From the NCBI GenBank assembly GCA_010093815.1, contig ML996566.1: 64,000 nucleotides of DNA; one strand, 5' to 3'. Under the pieces are notes generated by a model. The model saw nothing but the letters and a program-made list of their open reading frames with translations, had not been told where the DNA came from and did no database searches. Within the stretch, counting starts at the first letter, position 1; every line of letters begins with the position of its first letter. Of this stretch, positions 12,823 through 25,388 are shown piece after piece. Position numbers and translations under genes: made by a program. The stretch comes from Pseudovirgaria hyperparasitica (Eukaryota).

Positions 12823-15250
12823 GCTGGCCTTATCGATTGCGAGTGGTTCCCGATGCCGATGTCAGTGCGTGCCGCGCGGATGGGGCGAGGCGTGTGGACA
12901 GAGCCGTGGTACGTATTTGGAGTGTTTGGGTGAGTGGGGCTTGGGGCTTGGGGCTTGAGGAGGTTGGTGGTGGTTTGGTGGTGGTGATGATGGGATTAGA
13001 TGTTAGAGGTGTCTAGTCTAGTTAGTACACATATCGGAAGGAGAGAAGGAGGAGGGAAAAAAGTGCAAGTGCAAGTAGAAGTCATGATGTAGCATGAGGA
13101 TTTGTTCATTTAGGTTGTTAGTTGGTTGTGTTATCTGTGTCTGTCTGGTTACCTAGTTGAGTTGAGCGATTGGTAGGAAATACAATTAATACTTAACCTG
13201 CTATATGAGATGCTTAGTATATACATTCCCGCTTCTTAGTCTATATAACTTGAATTATACACATTATGCCAAGGGATAAAGATGGTAAATGTGGGAAATG
13301 GTAGATATTCAGATAATATTAATATGGTGCTTGAGCTAGGATAGAAAGGTGAAACACATAGCTATCTATACTTGTTACAGCTAGTATTTACCACTTACTA
13401 TTGACTATACGCTCCATATAATTCAATCCCATTCAACCCGATTAGTACAAGACTAATCCCGTTCGTTCCAACGCCCTATCCAACGTCCAATCGACGCGAT
13501 GCCATTGTCACCTTTGCATAATCCTTCCTTCTCTTCAGATGTATACATGCAGCAGCATACAACCCCAATCCTCCTCTCTGACCCAGCCCAGCCCAGCCCC
13601 AGCCCCAGCCCTGTCTCGCCCTATCCAGCCCCAGCCAGCTCGCAAATCTGGTCGTCGGTTCATAGACAGATCTGGTCGCAGCCCTGTCATCGATCCGGTC
13701 CCGTTCCAGTCCCTGTCGTTGTCATCGATCCAGCCCTGCCATAGTCATACATCTAGCCATATATTCTAGCCACAGATCGCAGCCATAAATCTATCCGTAG
13801 ACTGTAGCCGTAGATCGCGAGCCGCGGGTCTAAGTGTATCCGTCATTATTACCCGTAGTATAGTATCACCCGTAGTACTACCCGGCACACAATAGTAGTA
13901 TCCCAGATCTCGCACCACCACCAGATCGCCCCAATCCAGACCCGAGGTAAACGTCCACGGCCATTTTAAGCTTTGAGTCCAGCTCAGCCCAGTCTAGCCT
14001 AGTCTGGACAGCCTCGGCTAGCTGGCTACTCAGCTAGCCCTTTTAAGGCAAAGGTACAGGTGTACTTATGATATAGCTACGTATTATCTAAGCCAACGAC
14101 CCCACCATGCCTTTCCTATCCCTCTCCAGATACCACCACCACCACCTAGCTACCTTACCTAAGCCCGTATCTACTAGGTAGTACTCTGCCCAAACACTAA
14201 AGGTCCGCGGACAAAACTCAACCTAACCTACCCTAACTTAACCGTTCGAACCATTTAAACAAAAAAGGCCCGCCGCCGGGTCGGTCGGCGCCAAACTTAA
14301 TGCATTGCCGCAATGGCTGCATTGGGATTAGCTGGCGATGAATTGTAGGGAAGGCCGAAGGTGAGAGGTGAATTGGTTTGGTGTAGTGTTTGGGGGCGGG
14401 GATCGGGGATCTGAGATCTGAGATCGGATAATTGGGATCGGATGCTTGATGGTGTATGATTTATAATTGATGGTGAGTGATGAGTGATGTTGAATGGTGA
14501 GTGAGATTTTGGGTGAGAGTTTGGGGGTCGATGTAATGGAGAGGGGACGAGAGGTGGTATGTACGTTGTACGCCGGTTGTTTGCTGTGAATTGAGATAGG
14601 AAGGGGAGAGGTGAGGAAGGAGTGGTGATATAGATGGGTGGTAGTGAGACGCGTGTATTTGGCGCAACGTGCTACAGTACATATAGTATATGCAGGGCAG
14701 GTACATGCATGCAATGCAGGTGATGGGTTGGTAGCTTGACACCTTGACAGCTTGGACAGGTACGCGCCACGGCAACTATACATGACAGTCACGACAACGT
14801 GTATCAGTGTGGCGCAAGACAGGCACGCATGATTCAATACCATGACAAAAGAGACGCGAAAGCAAGATATGTGGTACTAGTAGTAGTGATGTTATTGCTA
14901 CTATCTGGTAGCTAGCTAGTGCAGGAGCTACGACACTTTCCAAGACGGAATATATACATGAAAAAGAATATAGAGAGTGCGCGGTGAGAGGTTTAGCTGA
15001 TGTGGATGAAAGGAAAGGACATATCATGTCTGACCTGGCGGGGTTTGATATATGTATGTATGCATGTGTGTGTATTTGTGCGACAGGTTGATAGGAGATA
15101 AAGTGTGTATGTTTGTGAACAAGGCAAAAAAAGTGGGTATCTTTTGAATATGCGCGACAAGGTGCCAACATGATGGATTCCCCATCCTCAGTATATATGC
15201 AAAGTATGCGGCCTCGGTATGCAGGATGCGGAACGGAAGGAGAAAAAAAA

Positions 15251-15892
15251 TCACAAGTGCCGCCGACCTTGCGTCCATTGTCCAGCACGGATTTCGAAGT
15301 CTGACTGCGCGGCTGATTTCTCCAGGTCAAAATCGAAGTCTGACACCTCAGATACGGACGGGTACTGTCGGTGTGACTGAACCGAGGTGGTGTTTGGGGA
15401 AGGGGGAGTTGCAATGTCGCTGCTGCTCTCGTGCTTGGACGGCCGGTATGGGGTGGGCGGTCTGTCCTGCGAGTAGATGCTCGAGCCCCTTCGTCTGCTG
15501 GGTGGATATGTGGATTTGTTGTTGTGGGCAGACATTGGTCTGGAGAAGTTTGGGCTTTGCGGCATCTGCGCTGTGGATGGACGGTCGATGAGTGGTTCGT
15601 CCTTTTCGTAGGTGCATTGTGTAGTGATGATGGCGACTGGGAGTGGTTTCTTGGGCATGCCCATGTATCGTGAGGAGCGTCGGGTGTACTGACTCGGCCT
15701 TCGCCATGATTCAATCTCCTCGTCGTCGAGGGGTGTGATGGATCTATGACTGAAAATGGAAACTCGTCGGGAACGTTTGCGGTAGATGCACAGGACGGTG
15801 ACGCTGATTGCGACGACAATGATACCCAGACAGGATCCAAGAACGATCCAGAGGTTCCGCTTGCTGGGGGATTGGGAGGATAGTTCAGCCAT
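15251..15892 (-). CDS. Hypothetical single-pass membrane protein with disordered cytosolic tail
   Basis: 213-aa ATG ORF. Hydrophobic helix LWIVLGSCLGIIVVAISVTVLCIY followed by basic RKRSRR (positive-inside), then TPLDDEEIESWR and an S/P/R-rich tail. Confidence 0.75.
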   Translation of the reverse strand: MAELSSQSPSKRNLWIVLGSCLGIIVVAISVTVLCIYRKRSRRVSIFSHRSITPLDDEEIESWRRPSQYTRRSSRYMGMPKKPLPVAIITTQCTYEKDEPLIDRPSTAQMPQSPNFSRPMSAHNNKSTYPPSRRRGSSIYSQDRPPTPYRPSKHESSSDIATPPSPNTTSVQSHRQYPSVSEVSDFDFDLEKSAAQSDFEIRAGQWTQGRRHL

Positions 15893-17829
15893 ATTGATGC
15901 AACCTGGCAGTCGATGCTATGTGAAAAAGGATCCGGGCGATGAAGAGAGCTTTATGCCATTCGCGATGGTATGGTTAGTGACCAGCTATCTAGCGGGGTA
16001 GTCTGGTATTTGGAAAGAATGCGAGCAGATGGTGAATAATGTCCGACTGAAATATCGAAGTTGACGAGACGGTCCAATGGGCGAGAGGCAGGATTGGGTT
16101 CATGCAACGGAGAATATCCAAAGAACCGGAAAAGGAATATGTGGTTCTGGGAGAATCGGTGGTAGAGGATCCCCGGAACCGACGACCAGTGGGGCGGAAC
16201 GAAGGGAGGGCAGAAAGCCGTGAATGCTAGGTAGTAGTATGTAATTATGTCTGTTGAGGCTGCACAGAACGACTGGACGGCGATGAACAGAATGTAAGAT
16301 ATTATCAGGGCGAATTGAGGTGGTACAAATCAAAAGAGAGACAGAGGAGTTGGAAGGCGGGGAACAACAGAATATAGACAGGATAAAAGGATATGGTCTC
16401 TCTCAAATGGACGATTAGAGAGGAACAGGGGCGCAAGAGTCGGTGAGCGGGCTCGAGCGATGAGAGATGATTAGATGGAGGGGGAAGAGTGGTATCGTGC
16501 AGGACAGGGCTAGACAAAGTGGTAGCAAGTCCGACGCCATACTGGGTTCAGAGCGGAGGCTAAAGCGATGTATTGCGAGTGAATGCAAGAAAGCAGAGGC
16601 AAAGAGCCCTGGAGGGAAGAAATGGAGACACGATAGGCAGGCCGGTCGTGTTTCGCGCAGCTCTATCTGGAGACTACGGGAGAGAAGAGTGGAGAATGGA
16701 GAGCTTGGAGAGGGGTCGAGTGGGCATGTGGATAGCAGACTAGTGATTAGCTACATACTGCTACTGTAACTACTTGGAGATGGTGGTGGGGTGGAGTGTA
16801 TTGTGTGTGTTTATGTGTTGAGTGGTTGAGTGAGTGGAGTGGGCCGGGATAACGTGGGCTGTTTGGTACCTGGCTTTAGTCTGCCTGTACCTATGCGGGC
16901 TGGGCGGCCTGTGCCTGTCAGTGTGTCAGTGTCACCCTGGGACCTGTCCATGTCCATGTCCATGTCCCAATGTCCAGTCAGTGTCGTGATAGCAGTCCAG
17001 TGTTGCAGTAGTAATGGCAGTAAATAGTTATAGCATATGTCCCTGTCCCTGTCGCCGTCCTTGATCCTCTCATTACTGCTGTTAGCACTGCCACGTCCGT
17101 GTGTGTGTGCTGCATGCCTCCGTAAACCATCATTACTACCCTCCACCATTTCGCATTCGCACAAGGGACATGCCTGCCACCGATCAGACTTGGCCGTCGA
17201 TACTCCTCGCATCATGATCGTGCACATCATCCGGCCAAAGGAGCGCTAGATGACTGGGCTGAAGATCGTTTCCAGATAGACGACATGCGAATTGTCATGT
17301 CGACTCTCAGCTGTCAGATCGCAGGACTCAAGACCAGACCGTCAGGAATATCCGAAGGGGGGACGGTCATCAGAAACTCCGAAGATGTGCAAGGAGTAAT
17401 TACTATGTATTAGTAGTGTTGTAGTTTATGTAGTATAGTGTGGTGAGTGAAGGATGAGGAGGGGGGACGCCCAGAAGCCGGAGACGAACGGCAGCGGGAG
17501 TACCTGAACTGCCAGCCTGGCTATGTAATTACCTGCCCTGCCTACTACTACTACTACTACCTACCGTCGACGCCGTAATGCTGCTGCTGCTAGACTATGG
17601 ACTGTGGAGTGCGTTATGGAGAGTATCAGTTAGTTGGTGTACAGCCTTGTGGAGTTGTAAATTACCGTGCGTCGATTGGAGTGCATGCTCTCATAGCATC
17701 GATACAGTATATCTGCACCTCTGAAGCCGCAGATGGATCATTTGACCTCCACTCTTGACCCTGAACCTTGACCTGCCTCGACGACCTCGACACTGGCAGT
17801 AATAATAACAAGCTGTATGATGTATAGCC

Positions 17830-17890
17830 TGTGTCTGTATCATGTATCCTGTATCCTGTATCATGTATCATGTACCTGCATCCTGTATTA
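17830..17890. repeat. Degenerate 7-mer tandem repeat (TGTATCC/TGTATCA)
   Basis: tgtatcatgtatcctgtatcctgtatcatgtatcatgtacc. Confidence 0.75.
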
Positions 17891-20800
17891 CCATGTCCTC
17901 TGTAGCTGTGTCTGTGCGGCTTTGCGGCGTCTTGACAATTGACAGATACCGCGCCCAGACCAGCCCGCGATCCCGTCCAACTCCCCCTCAGGTAGTTGTT
18001 TTACACTTTTCGAAGCTTCAGATGCACCCGCGCCGCCTCCTGGCAGCAGCTTTACAACGGCAACGAACAATTGAACGACAACAACAGCCTATTCACGTCT
18101 TTATCATCTTGCCATATCGCGTTGTCGTCTCCAGACAAATATTGTACCAGGTACTCGCCTCTCCACTCCTCCATCCTACGGACACGGCTGATCCGCATTC
18201 CTTTTCAGGGACACCACCATGTCGAATGCCTCTAATTCCCACTACGCATGCACCTGACCGCTAGATGCATACAGCCTGCATCAAACTCCCCCTTCACTCC
18301 AGGCTCGGCTGTACAACCGACTCGCTGTGCTGCATGAACCTGCATACTATCACATCATTCTTCCCGGCTCCTGTCCATCGCTGCATCGCCTCCTTCCTCC
18401 GTTTGCCGACCTTAGCTGTCAGTAATCTCCGTCTGAGACGAGACCGGGACAGGCATCTCTCATCTCCATCTTCAAGCTTCATCGCCAACTTCAACTCCAT
18501 TACCATCACCATCACCACTTTATCGACGACGACTGCTTTCATGACATGCCATACCATGCGAGCTATCCATCCTTTGATGCGCTAGTAGAATCAATGGCCC
18601 CTAGTGTCCTGCTACACTACTCTATTAATCGCGATGCCGTCCAGTCTAACATGCTCGATCCCAGCAGAGAGGCGCAGATGGCACCTCTCGTCGGATCTCC
18701 ATCTTCTCCAGCAACTTGGTCGTCGGCAAGGAAGATGCACCTTCATCTCCAGATCCATGTCTATTGTTGCGATGCTGAAACACGATAGTCCATTTTTGGT
18801 TGAGCTAGGCATACCATAATGAGACGAGAATGGCTGTATTTCGGATCTCTATATCCAAGTACTCGACTCGACAGCAGCCCGAATCGCCAATAGCCTGCTG
18901 GAACGTTCTCATTGATGATTATTGCACACTTGCTGGCGACACTCTTACAATTGTTGAATCCGACTCTCGCCTCGCGCGGCAACCCTGCCGTCTCATACAA
19001 TCAATCCATTCCCTTAAGATGTAAGTACTCTGTACATCCTTCCCTGCCGAGGCCTGGTGGCGCTTGGTCAGCTGCCTTCGTCGCTCCCGAGTCTCTCACC
19101 ATCATCTCTTGGAGCGCCACAGTCGCACTAGTGAATGTCAGGTCCTTGACACGCATCATGTAAAGTCATCGACGCGCGCATCTGGCGCCGCAATAGACGA
19201 CACTACCGCTGACCTGTATCTTGCGACTTCACCGCCTTTCTTGCTTGCAGGCCGTTCCATGTCCTGCTCACCCGCCGAGGCAGATCATCAATAAAAAAGG
19301 TACTTCTTCCACACGAGTCAAGCACACTGCAATCTTCGATTGTCCATTTCTCAGCCCTGTCCGGTCCATCTGACCTCGTCTGCCGAACGCTCGGCCAATT
19401 CTCACTCCTATCGTCCAATCATGCCGGACACGCCAAACGACCAGATCGCTTCTCAACTGCATTCCACACGCACAGCAAATTAACAAACATCTCCAAAACC
19501 TGTCACATGGTGTAGATGGCAGATCAGCCACTATCTCTCATTGCCGTCGTCCAAGCCTTGCATCTTCTCACCATGCCCGTCAAGGACATCGAACTTACAC
19601 AGGGTATCCTGCCTGCCACACTTCGCTCCTGACCACCATCAAACACCATGGAAGCGCACTCCGATCATCACTGCAATATCTGTCAATGTCCGCAGCTTCG
19701 TGAGTATTCGGAATTCCCTGCATATGAGGTCACCCCTGTAATAACACCACCAAGATACTACATAATAGTTGGATCTTGACGGACTGGCTTTCTAGCGAGA
19801 CTCTAGCGCTGACTTTGCCCTCTCGTCCATCCGCCAATCACACATCCAAAACCCATACTCTATGATACATCCATTTCACGCTATCGTCGAACTGCTGCTC
19901 GTCCACTCTTCTGGCACCCAATCGCATCTGCAATCTGCCGCATCCCACGAGAGTACCATTGTCAAAATCCTGCTCCAGCCTTGAAAAATGCTCGTCAGCC
20001 CTGTCAAGCAGAGCTTTTTGTCTGTACACGTTGCACTTGCTAACGACCGCTAGTTGCATGCCTTGGAAGAGGATTGAAGATGTATGGTTGCGCTAGGCTT
20101 GCGTACCGCTTCTGGAACCCGTTCTCGTACGAGCTTGAGAAGTCGTGGTGTCGTGAGTGCAACATGCATCCACATCGACGACTTACGCCGCGACGACACA
20201 CGCACATCATCCATGCAACACCACCACGTTCACTCTTCGACTTGCCTGTTCAGTCCGCGAGACTGTATGAGACATATCATGATTATCGTGCCCTGACATG
20301 AATACACGTGGCTCGGCATGTTCGAACCGACCTTCTCAGCCCTTGCCGCACCACCATCACGACTCACCGATCAGTAATAGCCATCACCTGCATTCAGCTT
20401 CGCCATGGTCGGCTTGCGACGTACATTCATCGACAACCAGTGTCAAACTTGACCAATCGGGACGAACTTAACAATGTACTCGTGGTCGTGTCGAAATGAT
20501 AGACTAATTGACTGAACGAATCCCCTAAAATCTGACTTGATAACCATGTCCATACCTCCGACGACACACGGCACTGGTCCAATCACATTTCGCGATACAC
20601 CACTCTGCGACAGTGCTCTATCGTGACCAGAGTCGTCTCCACGAACACGATCTTCCCGCCCACCTGGGAGGTTTCGTGCATCTTTACAGGGGATAATGTG
20701 ACAAATTAGATGCCAAAGAGCGTTGTCCGTGGTGCCGAGCGTCGTTGTAGAAGGGGTATCCATCTCTTGATTTCGCACATCATTACAGGGGGAATGAGAC

Positions 20801-22322
20801 AAATTCAATACCAAAGTGTTTCGTCGACCGTGCCATGTGTCGATGCAGAAAGCGTTTCCCATCTCTTCGAACCCTAGAGCCTGCACCTGCCCTTATCCCT
20901 AACATGAACAGAGACCCTAAAGGTCTCGCTATGCATGCTTCTGTGTGCGGTCGTTGTTCGACAGGACTTGCCACCTAAAAAGGGGTCCTTTCTTACTGCA
21001 TCTCGCAGGCGTAGTCATTGTTCTTATGTACTAGTAATGCCAAAGCTGAAGGAAACGCTCATGCCGTATCTAGACCTCCTAAATCCCTGTCCAGATCCTA
21101 GATATCAAGTCATCCAATTCATCAATGAACCATTAGACTCCTATCCTTTACCAGAAACTGCTGAGCAAAAGAACTACCATTCAAGCCTTGTACCGATTGT
21201 ACTGAACATTGATATAATGCCGTAGAAATCTTTCGAAATAAACATGTCCGTGTTTGATAGTGATGATGGAAATAGTGCTGTCGTGCAGATTGACCATGTA
21301 TGTGAATTTATTTTATTTGTACCTTCTGATATGACTGCTCTGAGATTGTTCGTGTTGTGTGGATGTTTTGTATGGGCACTGGATGAATGGATGCGTGAGT
21401 AGGTATATGGATAGGGATGTGAGTAGGTATATAAGTGGATGGTGATGGCATGTTTTGCGTAGATTTAGCAGGTAGTAGGTTCAGTTGTGCTGGGAGGGAT
21501 AATTATTGTAGTGGGATAGTCTTCCACGGAGAGAATAGGAATCTGGACTTTGATAGTCAGATAGACAGCATAAAGGGGAGGGATGGTAGCAAGGGCACTA
21601 GAGTTCATATGAGTCTGGTATTCGTGCTTGATCGTGGAGTGCACTGTGTGAATCTGGGCAGGTGTGAATAGAGAGTTATGTTTTTGTGCCTTGCGAATGG
21701 ATTTTGTTATTAAACTATGCGTCTGTGACTCAACAGATGTCGGTATTTTTCCAAATTCGAGCAAAAGAAAACCGTGTGAATGAATAAATATCACGCATCG
21801 AGTGAAGGAATATGTGTTTCCGTACCCGACGACCTGAGCGTCGAGGAAGGTTAGCATTGATTTGATTTATGTTTGTTTAGGAAAGATTATTTGGGTGATT
21901 GGGATGAGGGACAGATGATGGGTTGTTTGTTGTTAAGTTTCGACGTGTGAGAAGTTGGTGAAGTGAAAGGTAGACGATTTGGGGACAGGGGTTTTGATTG
22001 TATTCACTTCACCTTGTAGCTCGACAAAGTGTGTTGGAACGGTGAGCGACTTGTTCTTGGGTATTGTAATTCCCTGAGCTCACCTCCCGCATTCGTTTCG
22101 CTCTCTATGTCTCTCTGCAGTTGATATTACTACAATTGCAATCCTCGACTCACCTCTCGATAACCTCGATCCGACCTCAATTGGAGTCATCATAACTACA
22201 ACCGCAACCACAACTCGATATAACGTCGACTTGCAATCATAGCTCTCAGCTACTCTCGATCGCGATCCTCAACCTAAGACGCACCACTTCCACAATCCCA
22301 ACCACAACCACAACCACCAGCA

Positions 22323-23194
22323 ATGAACTCCCCATACTCTCCAGGCCCTCCCCCTCCCCATATCTTCACCCCGCCCCACCAATCCGGCCCTCACCCAACC
22401 GCCTGGCCCTCACAATTCCGTAATCAACACCACGGCCCCCCAATGAACCATCCCCTCTACCCAGGCCCCATCCCGCAACCAGACAATCCCCAACCCAGCC
22501 CGAGCCCCGAGCCCAAGCCCACAAAGACACACCAGCCAAGCCAAGCCGACGTCAAGGCCTCATTTGCCCGTTTGGCCGAGTGTATCCCAGAGGCAGCACT
22601 TACGTCGTCGGAGAGAGCTTTGTTCTTCGGTATGTGTAGTAATCGTGCCTTGCGTTTTGGATCCTGGGGTTCTTGACATTATCAATCATTTCCTCATCAG
22701 CTACCTATAATCTAACATACATCACAGCAAACATCCGCCTCGCCTTCCCGGCCCACACTCACGCCCTCGAAATCGTGTCCGCTACATCGACAAGAACAGT
22801 CGGTCGTGACGAACTGTATCATTCCCGCTGCCGCTACCTTGCGCTGGTCTCATTTGACCACAACAATGACGGCGATTCCGGCAATGACGGTGAAGAGATG
22901 CAGATTCTAGCAGAGAGTGGCAGGGCTGTGCTGAGGTACCAGGATGAGGAAGAGGAAGTGGAGGAGGTTGAAGTCGTGGGAGGGGGAGGAGGTGGGATGA
23001 GTTTGATGAAGGGGTTGTTCAGGGGCTTGTGCGCTGCTGTTGAGGAGGTTGTGGAGGGGAAGTTGGATGGGGTTCGGAGGAGGGATGGGGAGAGGGAGAA
23101 GGAGAAGGAGAGGGAAAGGGAGAAAATGAGAGAGAGGGAGGGGAAGGGGGCTAGGAAGGGGGAGAGGAAGGTTGCGTTTGATAGGAGGGGATAG
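22323..23194 (+). CDS. Hypothetical protein (Pro-rich N-terminus, charged C-terminus)
   Basis: ORFs 22323-22676 and 22673-23194 join in frame through a canonical intron 22630-22700 (GTATGT..TTGAC..CAG, phase 1). Confidence 0.6.
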
Positions 23195-23945
23195 GGGTAT
23201 TGAGGTGCTGGGATGGTGAAAGCAAGCAAACGCAATCAAATTGGGTTGATGACAGCGCTGAACATTCGAGCTTCAAGGCATAATTGGATATGCAAGCACT
23301 TGGGCCCAAGCAAACAACAAAATATCGATCAAGCAAACCATATACAGAGTGCACAATATACGCAAGCAGTCTCGCCATCTCATTCCCCCTTTCCTCTCCG
23401 GCCCTTGTCCATTAAGAAATCTACAAAACACCCACGGCATATCTCACCCTACATACTTCCCACCGAAGAGAGACTCTGGAGATAGTAGACTTTACTAGCC
23501 GCTGGCGTGAATAACAACAACCAGGACCCTTCCTGACCGGGAGTCCTGCTTAAAGGTCTGTACTTTTGTTATATCTTGCCACATGATCTGCGGGACTTTG
23601 CGCGCGTTCATATGTACGAGATTCAGTAAGATGGCCACGTGTGTGGTGATCACGATGGTGATGATGATGTTTGCTATCAAGAGCATGGTCATGTTGTTAA
23701 AGGGAAACTGAGAACTGTGTCTATAACCGTCAACAATCCCTGCCCCGCTAATCCATAAGCGAGAGGCTAGGCCAGGGTCTTCGCTTCGTACAGTGGCCCC
23801 ACCTGCTTTTTGGTAGATCCCCGCTAAATTGTCAACCTCCAGCAACCTTTCTCCAAACTTTCATACCCTACCAATACACAGTCGCAACGCTGCTACCTCT
23901 ATTGTCCGTCCCAGACGACCGCAACTCGCCCATCGTCGTCGCGCA

Positions 23946-24866
23946 ATGGCAGACAGTGACGAGGAATTCTACACCATCCCGATCAAAGACCAGCGTGTCT
24001 TCGGCGCCGGCATCAAGCGCAAACGAGTCGCCTTCGTGCGCGCCTCTACTGCAGCTTCCACGACTACATCGCCCAACACCAGCAACACCACGCCTACTCT
24101 CGCCGAGCAATATCTCGCCAAACACGCACAGAAGAATACACAGGCATCGCAGCTCGCCGCTGCCGCCGCTGCTACTGCTGATGACGGCGACGATGACAAC
24201 GACAACATAACACCAGCGCAACCCCCTCCCCTACCAAAATGCGAAATATGCAAACACCCAATCCGCACACACACGCCCACCTCACCAAGCAACGGCAACA
24301 ACACCCACAACAACACGAAGCAAACCGTATCAATCCCCCACGAAGCCACAATCCCGCACCAGCTCGCCCTCGCCCACTCCCACCCCCCCTCATCCATCGA
24401 CCGCACAAGCAGAGGCCTCCCCTACATGCAAGCCCGAGGCTGGGACCCCGACGCACGCCAAGGCCTCGGCGCGACGGGTTCAGGGATGCTCTACCCCATC
24501 GAGGCAGTGGAGAAGAGAAACCGGTTCGGGATTGGTGTGCGGGTGAAGAAGAAGCAGGTTTTGGCAGAGGGTGAGGATAAGGAGGGCAAGAAAGCGGAGC
24601 GGGAGAGGGAGAGGATAATGAAGAAGAAACTGGTCAATCTCGATGCGAAGCAGATTCGTCGTCTGGATGACGAGGAGCGCAGGGTGGCGGATCGGATGAG
24701 GGAGTTGTTCTATCGTGATGAGTCGGTGGATAAGTTGCTTGGAGCCATGAATGAGGCGCCATCGCTATCGGTGGTGAAGACGGCGAAAATGAAGTCGAAT
24801 GTGAAGAGGATGCGGAGGCAAGTTAGTGGGTTTGAGGGGTTCGATCAGAAGGGCAGGTGGATTTGA
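23946..24866 (+). CDS. G-patch domain protein (GPANK1-like, with CxxC...H..H motif)
   Basis: ATG at 23946 (MADSDEEFY..VFGAGIKRKRVAFV); CEICK...HEATIPHQ; G-patch SRGLPYMQARGWDPDARQGLGATGSGMLYPIEAVEKRNRFGIG. Confidence 0.85.
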   Translation: MADSDEEFYTIPIKDQRVFGAGIKRKRVAFVRASTAASTTTSPNTSNTTPTLAEQYLAKHAQKNTQASQLAAAAAATADDGDDDNDNITPAQPPPLPKCEICKHPIRTHTPTSPSNGNNTHNNTKQTVSIPHEATIPHQLALAHSHPPSSIDRTSRGLPYMQARGWDPDARQGLGATGSGMLYPIEAVEKRNRFGIGVRVKKKQVLAEGEDKEGKKAERERERIMKKKLVNLDAKQIRRLDDEERRVADRMRELFYRDESVDKLLGAMNEAPSLSVVKTAKMKSNVKRMRRQVSGFEGFDQKGRWI

Positions 24867-25388
24867 GCATCTGAGCGTTTGGCTGGCTGGCGGAGTGCGT
24901 GCATGCGTGCATGCGGGCATGTGGAAGTGAAGGGAAAGGGGAAGAGGCGTTCTGTTTGATTGAGATACCCGCAGGAACACTTCCTGCATCCTGCACATAT
25001 GGCGTCATGGGTGGGAAGACGTCCATGAACACACAATTTATGCTTGGTGGAAGAGGCTTGGACCGAATCAATGGGAGGCTATTTGTTGTTTGTTCGTCTT
25101 TCGTGCCGCTGATGTTGTCCATGTTGTCAATCAGCAGGCAGGTGGCTACACAGCATAAACAACAACACAGCCGTGTTTGGTTGAACCGTTGTTCGTTTGT
25201 GCACCACCATGCCCATGCAGACGCGCGCTTTATATTCATAGGCGGATGAAAATGACTACTGCACATTGCCTTAAATCTGATATATGTACGTATATAGCAA
25301 ATGCTAGAGACAGCATGCCATCACCCATAAAAACGTCGCTGCAGCAAACGCCCCCAAAAAGCAGACAATCCGACACACACAACGCCAG

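Noticed and set aside
14240..14330. GC-rich segment next to a T-run (minus strand) and a GGTTCGAA word, suggesting a tRNA or Pol III RNA
   Set aside because: No cloverleaf can be formed, and the B-box-like word lies downstream of the T-run.
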